Shown piece after piece: positions 9,503-19,212 of a DNA stretch of 55,942 nucleotides. Below the pieces are notes generated by a model. That model was given only the letters and a program-made list of their open reading frames with translations, did not search any database and was not told the DNA's origin. The position numbers and the translations under genes were made by a program. Position 1 is the first letter of the stretch, and each line of letters begins with the position of its first letter. The stretch comes from Methanobacteriota archaeon (GTDB lineage: Archaea; JAADCQ01; Methanopyri; Methanopyrales; Methanopyraceae), in NCBI GenBank assembly GCA_027064305.1, contig JAMOPY010000015.1:1-55942 (forward strand), read 5' to 3'.

Positions 9503-10708
9503 CTACTTCTCGATGATGGTCTCCTCGACCTCCATGCCGAAGTGGCGGCCCTTGCGCTCGTCGGTCTCGACGTAGGCGAGGACCTTGTCGCCGGGCTTGA
9601 GGTCGACGACGGAGACGGGCTCGCCGTCCTCGCGGACGAGGTGGATGGTCTCGGCGTTCTGGACGATGGTCTGGAGCTCGATGCCCTCGTACTCGGCCTT
9701 GATCAGTAGGAGTGGGCGCTTCTCGATCTTGAGGCGGCCGACGACGGCGGTGCGGGCGTTGCCCTCCCGGTCGACGACGAGGACTTCGTCGCCGGGCTCG
9801 AGCTCGGCGAGGTACTTGGTTCGGCCGCCGGGGACGCGGATGTACGCGTGGACGGGGCCGGCGTTGACGCGGAAGGGTCGGGGCTCGACGTAGGGGTTGT
9901 CGAGGCTCTCGCTGTGGATGAGGAACATGCCGTGGGCGGTGGAGCCGACGAGCATGCCCTCGCCTTCCTCCATGAGGGTGCAGGTGTCGACGCAGACGCG
10001 GTCGCCCTTGCCGATGGGCTCGATCTCCTTGATCTCGACGGGGACGAGCTCGAACCGCTCGGCGGTGACCTCCTCGGCCACCTCGGCCGTCTTCTTGATC
10101 TCGCCCGGCTCGATGCGCTGGGCGTCTAGGAGGACTCCGTCGGCGCCGACCTCGAGGGTCTCGAAGGCGATCTTGGCCTCCTCCGCGTCGCGGGCGCCGG
10201 CGATGAGTCGGGTGGGCTCGTCCTGGAGCTCGGCGATCAGGTTCTCGAGGGGGATGATCTTCCAGTCGCGGCCGATGGTGATGAGGTACTCGGGCTCGAG
10301 CTCCCGGGCGATCTCGGCGGCGAAGCGCTCGTAGGGCTTGTCCCGGATCTCGACGTACTCGGCGACCTCGTACCCCTGCTCCCGGGCGCGCCGGAGGAGC
10401 TCCGCGTCGACGGACTCGCTCACGTCCTCCGGCAGGTCGATCGTGCCGTCACCCTCGCCCCGGACGCCGACGATGACGAGGTCGGCGTCCACGTCTTCCA
10501 GCTCGTCGAGGGCGAGGTCGGGGGAGCCGCCCTCGGCGGCGAGCGGGACGGCGACCTTGACGTTGCCCAGCTCCTTGACCTTCTCCACCTCCTCCGGGAG
10601 GCAGACGATCACGTCGGCGCCGGCCTCGAGGGCCTCGGTGACGAAGGGCTTCTTCTCCTCCCACGAGGCCTCGTGCGCGATGGAGACCCAGATCTCCTTC
10701 TCGGCCAT
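9503..10708 (-). CDS. aroB': 3-dehydroquinate synthase II (archaeal type)
   Basis: DWKIIPLENLIAE, GDRVCVDTC, RPFRVNAG, QNAETI, GRHFG. Confidence 0.93.
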   Translation of the reverse strand: MAEKEIWVSIAHEASWEEKKPFVTEALEAGADVIVCLPEEVEKVKELGNVKVAVPLAAEGGSPDLALDELEDVDADLVIVGVRGEGDGTIDLPEDVSESVDAELLRRAREQGYEVAEYVEIRDKPYERFAAEIARELEPEYLITIGRDWKIIPLENLIAELQDEPTRLIAGARDAEEAKIAFETLEVGADGVLLDAQRIEPGEIKKTAEVAEEVTAERFELVPVEIKEIEPIGKGDRVCVDTCTLMEEGEGMLVGSTAHGMFLIHSESLDNPYVEPRPFRVNAGPVHAYIRVPGGRTKYLAELEPGDEVLVVDREGNARTAVVGRLKIEKRPLLLIKAEYEGIELQTIVQNAETIHLVREDGEPVSVVDLKPGDKVLAYVETDERKGRHFGMEVEETIIEK

Positions 10709-10712
10709 TCGA

Positions 10713-11537
10713 TCACACCCGCTCGAGCTCCTTCTTGGCCTCCTCCACGTCGGCCTCCTCGTGGATGATGCGCGCGATGGCCCGCGTCATCGCCTCGCGC
10801 ATGCGCGGGGACTTGTGCGCGAAGATGTTCCGGCCGATGGCCGCGCCCGCGGCGCCCGCCTCGATCGCGCCCTTCACCATCTCGAGGATCTCCTCCGGCG
10901 TGTCCGCCTTCGGCCCGCCCGCGATGACCACCGGGACCGGGCAGCCCTTCACCACTTCCTTGAAGGAGTCGGGGTCGCCCGTGTAGTTCGTCTTGACGAT
11001 GTCCGCGCCCAGCTCCGCGCCCACGCGGGCCGCGTGCTTCACGTACTCCACGTCGAACTCATCCTCCACCTTCGGGCCGCGCGGGTACATCATCGCGACC
11101 AGCGGCATGCCCCACTCCTCGCACTTCCGGGCGACCTCACCCAGCTTCTGCAGCATCTCCGGCTCCTCCTCCGCCCCCACGTTCACGTGCACGCTGACCG
11201 CGTCCGCGCCCAGCCGGATCGCCTCCTCCACGTCCGCCACCTGCACCTTGTAGTTCGGGTCCGGGCCCAGCTCCGTGCTCGCGGAGAGGTGCACGATCAG
11301 CCCCACGTCGCGCCCGTACCCGCGGTGACCCGCGCGCACCATCCCCTTGTGCATCAGGACCGCGTTGGCGCCGCCCCGGGCCACCGCATCCACCGTCTCC
11401 TCCAGGTTCTTCAGGCCCGTAATCGGCCCCATCGTCACCCCGTGGTCCATCGGCACGATCAGCGTCCGGCCCGTCTCACGGTCCATGATCCGCTCCATCC
11501 GAATCCGCTTCCCGATGTGACCAACCGGACCCTCCAA
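10713..11537 (-). CDS. aroA': 2-amino-3,7-dideoxy-D-threo-hept-6-ulosonate (ADH) synthase, DhnA-type aldolase
   Basis: [35 protein letters not shown]; adjacent to aroB'; TTG start inferred. Confidence 0.9.
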   Translation of the reverse strand: MEGPVGHIGKRIRMERIMDRETGRTLIVPMDHGVTMGPITGLKNLEETVDAVARGGANAVLMHKGMVRAGHRGYGRDVGLIVHLSASTELGPDPNYKVQVADVEEAIRLGADAVSVHVNVGAEEEPEMLQKLGEVARKCEEWGMPLVAMMYPRGPKVEDEFDVEYVKHAARVGAELGADIVKTNYTGDPDSFKEVVKGCPVPVVIAGGPKADTPEEILEMVKGAIEAGAAGAAIGRNIFAHKSPRMREAMTRAIARIIHEEADVEEAKKELERV

Positions 11538-11538
11538 C

Positions 11539-11868
11539 CTAACCCTCCCCCTGCGTGCGATCCATACGATCCAGCAGGAGCTCGTAGCGCCGTAGGAGCG
11601 CGTCGAACCGCTCGCGCAGGTCCCGAAGCTCCCTGACCAGGTCTCGCACCCGCTCCGGGGCCTCCTCCGTGAGCACGGCCCCGCGCGGGGAGGGCCGAAT
11701 GATCCCCTCACGCTCGAGCGTGCGGAGGGAGTAGCGGACCTTGTGCCACTCCATCCCGGAAAGCTCGGAGAGGCGCTCGATCCCCACCGGCTCGTGGTCC
11801 GAGACGAGCTCCAGCACCCGGGCATGCCGCTCCAGGACCCGCAGCGCCTCCCGGAGCGACTCCAGCAC
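11539..11868 (-). CDS. Winged-helix transcriptional regulator (COG3388-like)
   Basis: [48 protein letters not shown]; GTG start inferred. Confidence 0.8.
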   Translation of the reverse strand: MLESLREALRVLERHARVLELVSDHEPVGIERLSELSGMEWHKVRYSLRTLEREGIIRPSPRGAVLTEEAPERVRDLVRELRDLRERFDALLRRYELLLDRMDRTQGEG

Positions 11869-11893
11869 CGCTGAGCTCCCCGGACCCTGCTCC

Positions 11894-11921
11894 GTGCTAG
11901 CAAGTAGCATGGACGATGCTA
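11894..11921. promoter_or_regulatory. Three alternating (R)TGCTA/TAGCA(Y) half-sites upstream of the HTH-aroA'-aroB' operon
   Basis: GTGCTA-N5-TAGCAT-N5-ATGCTA. Confidence 0.55.
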
Positions 11922-11927
11922 AAAAAA
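11921..11927 (-). terminator. Oligo-T tract immediately after the feoB stop (terminator, possibly doubling as a TATA region)
   Basis: TAA-TTTTTTT on the minus strand. Confidence 0.55.
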
Positions 11928-13871
11928 TTATGCCACGGAGAGCGCCAGGTGCGCCAGCCCCCCGACCAGGGTGGCCACGCCCAGGTTCAGGGCGACGGAA
12001 AGCGCGGTTAGGCGCGCCGACCCGGTCTCCGAGTAGATCGCGCCGATCGTGGACGCGCACGGGATGTAGAGGGTGCTCACCAGGGCCAGGACGTACGCCT
12101 GGGCCGGGGCCAGCCGCAGGTGCAGGGTCTTGATCGTGGAGACGACCGTCTCCTTCGCCAGCACCCCCGTCAGCAGGGCCACCGCGCTGCCCCAGTCCAG
12201 CCCGAAGAGCGCCCCGGTCACCGGCTCCAGAGCCCTTCCGATCACCTCCACCGCGCTACCGTGGCCGAGCGGGGCCGGGTACTGGGTGAGCGCCCAGATG
12301 GCGATCGAGGCGGCGAGGATTACGGTGCCCGCCTTCCGCAGGAACTCGTTGGACCGCAGCCAGGTCACCCGGAACACGGTCCCAGGGTGCGGGCGCCGCA
12401 TCCTCGGGAGCTCGACCACCGTCCCCGCGTGGGGCTCGATTGGCCCGTACAGGAGCCGGTGCAGGAGCGCGGCGGTCCCGAGGAAGGTGAGGAGGGCGAT
12501 CGCGTAGATGGAGACGGCCGCGGGCACCCGCCACGGGTCGGGGAGGTGGCCGGTGAGGTAGGCGATCACCGTGAGCCGGGCGCTGCACGGCACGGCGGGG
12601 AGGGCGAGGACGGTCACCGTCAGCGCCCTCGGGTCGTCGATGATCCGGGCGCCCGTGACCCCCGGCACGTTGCAAGCGAGGGAGAGCGCGGCGGGGAAGA
12701 CGGACTTTCCGTGCAGGCCGAACCGGGAGAGCGGCCCGGAGAGGAGCGCGGCGACCCGGGCCGTGTACCCCGTGTCCTCGAGCGCGGTGAGCAGCAGGGT
12801 CATGATCAGGATGTACGGGTACATGGCCAGCACCGCGCCCACGCCCGCAAAGACCCCGTCCCCCAGGAGCCCGCCCCAGGGGTCCGGCAGGGCGCGCCTC
12901 GCCCAGTCTCCAAGGGCGTCGAACGCGTCCTCCAGCGGCTCGGCCAGCAGGTCACCCAAGTAGAAGGAGAGGGCGAACACGCCCGACAGGACCACGCCCG
13001 CGAGGAGCCCGCCCCAGAGCGGGTGGACGAGCACGCGGTCCAGCCGCGCCTGACGGTCGAGCGCGGGGCGCCCGGAGACGGCCGCGCGCACGATCTCGGA
13101 GGCCAGGTCATCCCGCGCCCGCTTGATCTCGGCGCGGGGATCCCGGCCCAGCGCCTCGCTCAGCTCCCGGTGCAACCGCTCGACCCGCTCGGATAGATCC
13201 CCACCCAGCCGCTCCGCCAGGTCCACGTCACCCTCCAGGAGCTTGATCGCGAGTCCCCGGGCCCGCTCCCGGGGCTCTCCCAGCCCGCGCTCCAGCTCCT
13301 CTGCGAGCCGGCGCACGGCGACCAGGATGGGTCGGGGATACTCCGCCCGAGGCGGGTCCGGCTCGATTCGGCCCTCCGCCACGTCGGCGATCGCCCGCTT
13401 GAGCCGCCGGATCCCGGTCCCGCGCTTGGCTGAGAGTGGCACGACAGGCACGCGGAGCCGGCGCTCCAGGGTCTGGGCGTCCACGCTCAGGCCCAGCCGC
13501 TCGGCCTCGTCCATCATGTTAACCGCGAGCACGAGGTGAGTGTGCCCGAGCTCGGCGATCTCCAGGAGGAGGGAGACGCCCCGGACGAGGTTCAGCGCGT
13601 CGGCCACCACGACGATCACGTCCGGGTGCTCGTCGAGCCGGCCGAGGAGCACGTCCCGCGTGATGCGCTGGTCCTCCGAGGTCGTGACGAGGCTGTACGT
13701 GCCGGGCAGGTCGACCACCCGGTACCGGGAACCCCGGAACTCGTACACGCAGGTCCGGCGTTCGACGGTGACCCCGGCCCAGTTCCCCACCTCGAGGGAG
13801 GTGCGGCAGAGCCGGGACATGATCGTCGTCTTGCCCACGTTCGGCGGTCCCACGAGCGCTACAACCCGCAT
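11928..13871 (-). CDS. feoB: Ferrous iron transporter B
   Basis: GPPNVGKT, VGNWAGVTVE, DLPGTYSL, NMMD, LEDTGY..R, CNVP, PCSARL, LYIPC. Confidence 0.95.
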   Translation of the reverse strand: MRVVALVGPPNVGKTTIMSRLCRTSLEVGNWAGVTVERRTCVYEFRGSRYRVVDLPGTYSLVTTSEDQRITRDVLLGRLDEHPDVIVVVADALNLVRGVSLLLEIAELGHTHLVLAVNMMDEAERLGLSVDAQTLERRLRVPVVPLSAKRGTGIRRLKRAIADVAEGRIEPDPPRAEYPRPILVAVRRLAEELERGLGEPRERARGLAIKLLEGDVDLAERLGGDLSERVERLHRELSEALGRDPRAEIKRARDDLASEIVRAAVSGRPALDRQARLDRVLVHPLWGGLLAGVVLSGVFALSFYLGDLLAEPLEDAFDALGDWARRALPDPWGGLLGDGVFAGVGAVLAMYPYILIMTLLLTALEDTGYTARVAALLSGPLSRFGLHGKSVFPAALSLACNVPGVTGARIIDDPRALTVTVLALPAVPCSARLTVIAYLTGHLPDPWRVPAAVSIYAIALLTFLGTAALLHRLLYGPIEPHAGTVVELPRMRRPHPGTVFRVTWLRSNEFLRKAGTVILAASIAIWALTQYPAPLGHGSAVEVIGRALEPVTGALFGLDWGSAVALLTGVLAKETVVSTIKTLHLRLAPAQAYVLALVSTLYIPCASTIGAIYSETGSARLTALSVALNLGVATLVGGLAHLALSVA

Positions 13872-13881
13872 TCCGGTCCCC

Positions 13882-14109
13882 CTACTCCTCTTCCTCCACG
13901 AGAACCTTGAACGCGAGGCCGCGGCCGATCGAGAACGTGCCCCCCTCGGTGCGGACCACGACCGGGCCCGGGCCGGAGCGGATCACCTCCACCCGAGCGC
14001 CCGGCCGTAGCCCGAGGTTGTACAGCATGGCGGCCGCGCCCCGGCCCGCCACCACGTCCACGATGCGGACCGTGCGGCCCTCCTCCACCTCCGCCAGCGA
14101 CTTCGGCAA
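13882..14109 (-). CDS. feoA: Ferrous iron transport protein A
   Basis: LYNLGLRPGARVEVIR..GPVVV..FSIGRGLA; directly upstream of feoB. Confidence 0.92.
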   Translation of the reverse strand: MPKSLAEVEEGRTVRIVDVVAGRGAAAMLYNLGLRPGARVEVIRSGPGPVVVRTEGGTFSIGRGLAFKVLVEEEE

Positions 14110-14130
14110 GCTCCCGGCTCCCCGCGGCGT

Positions 14131-14170
14131 GTTAGGCCGCCCTAACGGGCCCTCATTATATAATCTTCGC
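14131..14170 (-). promoter_or_regulatory. feoAB promoter with DtxR/MntR-type operator
   Basis: Minus strand reads CGAAGATTATATAA, then GTTAGG-GCGG-CCTAAC (14131-14146). Confidence 0.8.
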
Positions 14171-15496
14171 CCACAGGGCCGCGTTCCGCAGCGCCCGCAC
14201 CGCCCGCTCCGGCGAGGGGAACGTCGGCACGCCCGCCTCCTCCAGCGTCCGCACGCCCACCGCCACCGAGTGCCGCCCCATCCACACCCCCAGCACGGGT
14301 CCGGGGAACTCCTCCGCGAACTCCGCCACCACCCGGGCCGTTCGCGCCGGCTCGGTCACGCTCTGCGGGGTCAGGATCACGATCACCGCCCCGTACCGGT
14401 CCGGGTCCGCGAACTCCTCCAGCGCGACCCGGTACCGCTCCGCGTCCGCGTCCCCCAGCACGTCCACCGGGTTCCCCGTCGCCGCCTCCTCCGGCAGGAC
14501 GGACGGGTCACCGTCCGGCTCCGGCAGCCTGAACCCCGACTCGTGCAGCGCGTCCGCCGCGAGGATCCCCCCGCCCCCCGCGTTCGTCACCACGAGCACC
14601 CGGTCCGAGCGCGGCGGGCCCGCCTTCGCCAGGAGCTTCGCCGTGTCGAACGCCTCCTCGAATCCCTCCACGAAGATCCCGCCACACTGCTCGATCACTC
14701 CCCGGTACACCTCGCCCGAGCCCGCCAGCGAGCCCGTGTGCGTGCTCACCGCCTCCGCGCCCGCCTCCGTCCGACCCCCCTTCAGCACGATCACCGGCTT
14801 CCGTCCCGCGCACGCGGATAGCGCCTCCGCGAACGCGTCCCCGTCCTTCACCCCCTCCAGGTAGAGGACCACCACGTCCGTCTCCTCATCCCCGGCCAGG
14901 TACTCCAGGAAGTCCGGGAAGTCCAGGTCCGCCGCGTTCCCCAGGCTCACGAACTTGCTGAACCCCACCCCGATCGCGCCCACGTCCCCCGAGGAGAACC
15001 AGTCGATGACCGACGTCGCCAGCGCCCCGCTCTGCGACACGAACGCGATGCTCCCCGCCGGCGGCATCTCCGCCGCGAACGAGGCGTTCAGCCCGGACCG
15101 CGCGTTGATGATCCCCAGGCAGTTCGGGCCCACGATCCGCACGCCCGCCTCCCGCGCCGCCCGCACCAGCTCCCGCTCCAGCTCCTCGTTCCCCGCCTCC
15201 GAGAAGCCCGCCGAGATGACCACGCAGTACTTGACGCCCGCCTCCCCCGCCTCGCGCACGATCTCCGGCACGATCGGCGCGGGCACGACGATCACGGCCA
15301 GGTCCACCGGCCCCGGCACCTCCGAGAGCGACGGGTAGCACCGCACGCCCAGGATCTCGTCCGCGTGCGGGTTGACCGGGTACACCTCACCCTCGAACCC
15401 GGCGAGCAGGTTCCGCAGCACGCTGTGCCCCACCTTCCGCGGGTCCCGGGACGCCCCCACGACCGCGACCGCGCGCGGCTCGAACAACCGCTCCAA
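14156..15496 (-). CDS. Acyl-CoA synthetase (NDP-forming), alpha subunit
   Basis: VAVVGAS, YPVNP, VISAGFSE, GPNCLG, SQSGA, LYLEG, HTGSLAG, TNAGG, NPVD. Confidence 0.9.
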   Translation of the reverse strand: MERLFEPRAVAVVGASRDPRKVGHSVLRNLLAGFEGEVYPVNPHADEILGVRCYPSLSEVPGPVDLAVIVVPAPIVPEIVREAGEAGVKYCVVISAGFSEAGNEELERELVRAAREAGVRIVGPNCLGIINARSGLNASFAAEMPPAGSIAFVSQSGALATSVIDWFSSGDVGAIGVGFSKFVSLGNAADLDFPDFLEYLAGDEETDVVVLYLEGVKDGDAFAEALSACAGRKPVIVLKGGRTEAGAEAVSTHTGSLAGSGEVYRGVIEQCGGIFVEGFEEAFDTAKLLAKAGPPRSDRVLVVTNAGGGGILAADALHESGFRLPEPDGDPSVLPEEAATGNPVDVLGDADAERYRVALEEFADPDRYGAVIVILTPQSVTEPARTARVVAEFAEEFPGPVLGVWMGRHSVAVGVRTLEEAGVPTFPSPERAVRALRNAALWAKII

Positions 15497-15865
15497 CTAC
15501 CCCTCCCCCAACAGCGCCCGGATCGCGTCCAGCACCGTCACCACGCCCACCACGCGACCCTCCTCCACGACCACCGCCCGATCCTGACCCGCCGCCGCCA
15601 TCCGATCCAGCACCACCTCCAGCGGCTCGTCCGGACCCGCCTCCACCGCCCGACGCGCCACCTCACCCGCCCGCAGCTCCCGCCACTCCCCGCTCGCCAG
15701 CGCCCAGACCACGTCCACCGACGTCACGATCCCGACCAACCGCCCGTCCTCCACCACCGGCACCCCGTGAATCGACGCCTCCGAGAGCGCCCGCAGCACC
15801 CGCTCCAGCGGTTCGTCCGGCTCCACCGCGATCACGTCCTCAACCATCACGTCCCGCACGCGCAC
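15497..15865 (-). CDS. CBS-domain pair protein
   Basis: VRDVM..VPVVEDGRLVGIVT..D..VVEEGRVVGVVTVLD. Confidence 0.85.
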   Translation of the reverse strand: MRVRDVMVEDVIAVEPDEPLERVLRALSEASIHGVPVVEDGRLVGIVTSVDVVWALASGEWRELRAGEVARRAVEAGPDEPLEVVLDRMAAAGQDRAVVVEEGRVVGVVTVLDAIRALLGEG

Positions 15866-15896
15866 GCCCGGAACCCCCGCCCACCCGCGCCGGCGG

Positions 15897-15922
15897 ATCA
15901 TATAAGGTTAGGCGCGCCGAAC
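15897..15922 (+). promoter_or_regulatory. TATA plus imperfect DtxR/MntR-type operator upstream of the ferredoxin
   Basis: CATATAAG, then GTTAGG-CGCG-CCGAAC (15907-15922, one mismatch). Confidence 0.6.
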
Positions 15923-15940
15923 CCCGGGCGGGGGCTCCCG

Positions 15941-16156
15941 TTGGGCGAGACCCTCGAGGTGGAGACCCCAAGCGCCCGCTTCACCCTCGACACCGACCGG
16001 TGCACCGGGTGCGGCGAGTGCATGGAGGCCTGCCCCACCGGCGCCCTGCTCGTCGCCGAGGCGTACCTCGAGGTCGACGAGAGCCGGTGCCGAGCCTGCG
16101 GCAGCTGCGCCCGCGCCTGCCCCACCGGAGCCCTCCGGATGCAGCCCAGGGCGTGA
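15941..16156 (+). CDS. 2[4Fe-4S] ferredoxin
   Basis: CTGCGECMEACP and CRACGSCARACP; TTG start inferred. Confidence 0.88.
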   Translation: MGETLEVETPSARFTLDTDRCTGCGECMEACPTGALLVAEAYLEVDESRCRACGSCARACPTGALRMQPRA

Positions 16157-16199
16157 TTACTTACCAGCCCCCGGCCCGGCGGGGCCGGGGTGGCCCGCC

Positions 16200-16904
16200 C
16201 TGACCGCGACCCGCAGGCCCACCAAGGGGGAGCTTCGGGAGCTGGAGGAGGTCCTGCGGGAGCTCACCGGCTCCGACCTCGGGATCCGGGACCGCGAGGT
16301 CACGATCGAGCGCATCCGCGGCCCCATCCGCGCCGAGCGCGTGTTCCTGGACGGCCGCCCCATCCTCACGATCACCTTCGACCCCTGGACCGCCTCCTGC
16401 GCGTACACCCTCACCCCGCACGGCGCCCGCGAGGCCGAGCGGATCACCGGCGAACGACCCGAGCGCCGCCACCTCGTGCGCAAGGATCCCCACGGCCTCC
16501 TCGACTTCGAACTCACCGGAACCAAGCGCGACCTCGAGCGCGCCATCCACCGCACCCTTGAGGCCTGCGACGTGGACGTCCTCGAGCTCCGGACCGCGAC
16601 CGAGCGCGTCCACGGGGTCGAGCTCACCGGCCTCGCCCTCTACACCGCCCGCGAGTACCTGTACGTCGACGTCATCCCACCCGACCCGGCCGGCCGCCCC
16701 AACCCCGTCAACGCCGTCGCCCGGCTCCTCCACGCCTTCACCGGCGAGGAGACCGAGCCCTGGACCCACCCCGAGTACCGCTTCCTCGGCGTCCGACCCG
16801 TCCAGGACGGTAAGGAGGCCACCGCCGCCCTCCGCGACGCGACCGTCACCTTCCGCGCCACCCTCACCCCGCGCGGCCTCCAACTCCGCGCCCACCGGGG
16901 GTAA
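16200..16904 (+). CDS. Hypothetical protein, probable CTG start
   Basis: Coding-like frame extends 47 codons upstream of the track's GTG to a CTG preceded by GGGGTGG. Confidence 0.6.
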   Translation: MTATRRPTKGELRELEEVLRELTGSDLGIRDREVTIERIRGPIRAERVFLDGRPILTITFDPWTASCAYTLTPHGAREAERITGERPERRHLVRKDPHGLLDFELTGTKRDLERAIHRTLEACDVDVLELRTATERVHGVELTGLALYTAREYLYVDVIPPDPAGRPNPVNAVARLLHAFTGEETEPWTHPEYRFLGVRPVQDGKEATAALRDATVTFRATLTPRGLQLRAHRG

Positions 16905-16908
16905 CCCC

Positions 16909-17586
16909 GTGTACAAGCAGCGCTTCGTCCTCGACACCACCGCCTTCACCCACCAGGACGTCGTCGACCGTCTCGGTGACGGCGACCTCTGTCGAGCCGC
17001 CTCCCGGCTCCTCGACCTCATCGCCCACGCCCGCCTGAAGCTCCACGTCAGCTGCTACGTCCCCTACCCCACCGTCTACCGCGAGCTCAAGGGCTTCCTC
17101 AACCGCCACGGGTGCCCCGACCTCACCACCCGCATCGACACCTGGATCGTCAAGAAGACCCCCAACCGCTACGAGGTCCGCGTCCCCGCCCGCCTCTTCA
17201 TGGCCTACGTCAAGGACATGCGCGAGCGCCTCGACCGCGGCCGCAAGCGCGCCGAAAAGGCCATCTGGGAAGCCGCCCTCGAGACCTACGAGATCATGCT
17301 CCGCGAGGAGGCCGACGTGCCCAAGGAGAAGATCATCCGCGAGGTCATCGGCGAGACCGTCCGCCGCTTCCGCCGCAAGTACCGCCGCACCGTCCGCCAC
17401 GGCACCCTCGACAGCGCCCCCGACCTCGACGTCCTCCTCCTCGCCAAGGAGCTCGACGCCGCCGTCGTCGCCCAGGACGAGGGTATCGAGCGCTGGGCCC
17501 GCGAGCTCGGCCTCCGCTACATGCCCGCCACCTCCTTCCCTCACATGATCCAGGAGTACCTAGAACTCGCCCGGGAGGAGGACTGA
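16909..17586 (+). CDS. RNA-free RNase P homolog (HARP, UPF0278/PIN_5 family)
   Basis: KQRFVLDTTAFT, IVKKTPNRYE, MRERLDRG, GTLDSAPDLDVLLLAKELDAAVVAQDEGIERWA. Confidence 0.88.
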   Translation: MYKQRFVLDTTAFTHQDVVDRLGDGDLCRAASRLLDLIAHARLKLHVSCYVPYPTVYRELKGFLNRHGCPDLTTRIDTWIVKKTPNRYEVRVPARLFMAYVKDMRERLDRGRKRAEKAIWEAALETYEIMLREEADVPKEKIIREVIGETVRRFRRKYRRTVRHGTLDSAPDLDVLLLAKELDAAVVAQDEGIERWARELGLRYMPATSFPHMIQEYLELAREED

Positions 17587-19028
17587 TGCGCCTCGCGCAC
17601 CATCTCAAGCCCGCCTTCGCCGTCCCCGGCGACGACCTCCATGAACCCTACCTCGAGCTCGCTGAACGCGACGAACTCGTCCGCACCAACCGCGAGGACA
17701 CCGCCGCCTACGCCGCCATCGGCGCCGCCGAGGTCTCCAACGAGCCCGCCGCCCTCCTCGCCACCCGCGGCCCCGGCCTCGCCCACGCCCTACCCGGCCT
17801 CGCCTGCGCCCTCGCCGATCACGTCCCCATCCTCTGCATCACCGGCGAACCCCTCGACCAGGGCTTCCAATCCCTCCTACCCAGCCTCGAGTCCAACCGG
17901 GCCCGGCTCACCGTAACCCGCGACCCCCGAGAGGCCGCGCGCGCCCTCGCCCGCTCCCAACCCGCCGTCCTCACCCGACCCCAAACCCCCGACGAGCTCG
18001 AACCCCACCTCCGCGAGACCCGCCCACCGCAGCCCACCGACGGGGAGATCGAGGAGGTCCGACGCCGCCTCCAGGGCAGGAAGGTCGCCCTCCTCGTCGG
18101 CCGCGGCTGCTACCGCGCCCGCGCCACCGAACACCTCGAACGCCTCGCCGAACGCTTGAACGCCCCCATCGTCCAGACCATGCGCGGCCGCGGCGTCGTC
18201 CCCGAGTACCACCCTCGCAACTACGGCGTCGTCGGCCTCCGCGGCTGGGCCAACCACGTCCTGCGGGAGGCGGACGTCATCCTCGCCCTCGGCGCCCGCC
18301 TCACCGAGCGCACCCTCCCCGAGGAACCCGACGCCGAGATCATCGCCGTCACCCTCCACCTCAACGGCCCCGCCGACCTGCACCTCGAGTGCGACCCCGC
18401 ACCACTCCTCCGAGCCCTCCTCAAGCAACCGCCCGAGACGCGACCCTGGAGGCCCGAGCGCCGCGAGCCCGACGAGCCCGACCTCCACGCCTACCGCGTC
18501 GTCAAAACCGCCCTCCGCGCCTGGATCGGCCCCGTCACCCTCGACTCCGGCCAGCACACGCCCCTCGCCCTCCTCGCCGCCCGCCTCTCCGCCCCCAACG
18601 AGCTCATCCACTCCGGCGCCTTCTGCCCCGTGGGCTTCGCCCTCCCCGCCGCCCTCGGCGCCGCCACCCGCACCCCCGAGCCCGTCCTCGCCATCACCGG
18701 CGACGGCGGCTTCCTCGCCACGCACCACGAGCTCGAGACCGTCGTCCGCGAGGACCTACCCGTCACCGTCCTCGTCCTCCGCAACCGAGAGCTCGGCTTC
18801 ACCCGTCAGACCGCCGGCCTCGACGACCCGGAACCCGCCGGGATGGACCTCCCCACCGACCCCGCCGACCTCGCCGAGGCCTACGGCACCGAGGTCCACC
18901 GCCTCGAACGCGACCGGACCGACGAGCTCCACCGCATCCTCCGCGACGCCGAGATGCAGCGCGAACCCACCGTCATCGTCGTCGAGCTGCCCCGGGAGGA
19001 CGTCCCGCTCCCCGACCGGCCCGGCTGA
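17586..19028 (+). CDS. Thiamine-diphosphate-dependent enzyme, acetolactate synthase large subunit-like (divergent)
   Basis: PGD, REDTAAYAAIG, TRGPGLA, GFALPAALGA, GDGGF...RN. Confidence 0.8.
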   Translation: MRLAHHLKPAFAVPGDDLHEPYLELAERDELVRTNREDTAAYAAIGAAEVSNEPAALLATRGPGLAHALPGLACALADHVPILCITGEPLDQGFQSLLPSLESNRARLTVTRDPREAARALARSQPAVLTRPQTPDELEPHLRETRPPQPTDGEIEEVRRRLQGRKVALLVGRGCYRARATEHLERLAERLNAPIVQTMRGRGVVPEYHPRNYGVVGLRGWANHVLREADVILALGARLTERTLPEEPDAEIIAVTLHLNGPADLHLECDPAPLLRALLKQPPETRPWRPERREPDEPDLHAYRVVKTALRAWIGPVTLDSGQHTPLALLAARLSAPNELIHSGAFCPVGFALPAALGAATRTPEPVLAITGDGGFLATHHELETVVREDLPVTVLVLRNRELGFTRQTAGLDDPEPAGMDLPTDPADLAEAYGTEVHRLERDRTDELHRILRDAEMQREPTVIVVELPREDVPLPDRPG

Positions 19029-19082
19029 AAGTCGAGCGGACGCGGGGTGCACCGTCGCTCCCCGGGATCGGGCGCGGTCGGG

Positions 19083-19148
19083 CGGCCTCGGGGCCCGCGA
19101 CTGCGATCATCCCCGGCGGTCGCCGTGGGTCCACCTCCTCATCGGCCG
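19083..19148 (-). ncRNA. C/D box sRNA candidate
   Basis: CGGCC stem; C ATGAGGA; 12-nt guide; degenerate D'/C' (GCGA...ATGATCG); 12-nt guide; D CCGA; GGCCG stem. Confidence 0.55.
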
Positions 19149-19171
19149 ATCGTTCCGATGGTCGTAACGAT
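19149..19171. repeat. Dispersed intergenic palindrome, copy 3 (at the skew switch)
   Basis: CCG-ATCGTTCCG-ATGGT-CGTAACGAT-TGG; symmetry extends into both flanks. Confidence 0.8.
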
Positions 19172-19212
19172 TGGGTTTTGTTTTTCGGTCTCGGGGGACC
19201 GCGGGGCGCCTC

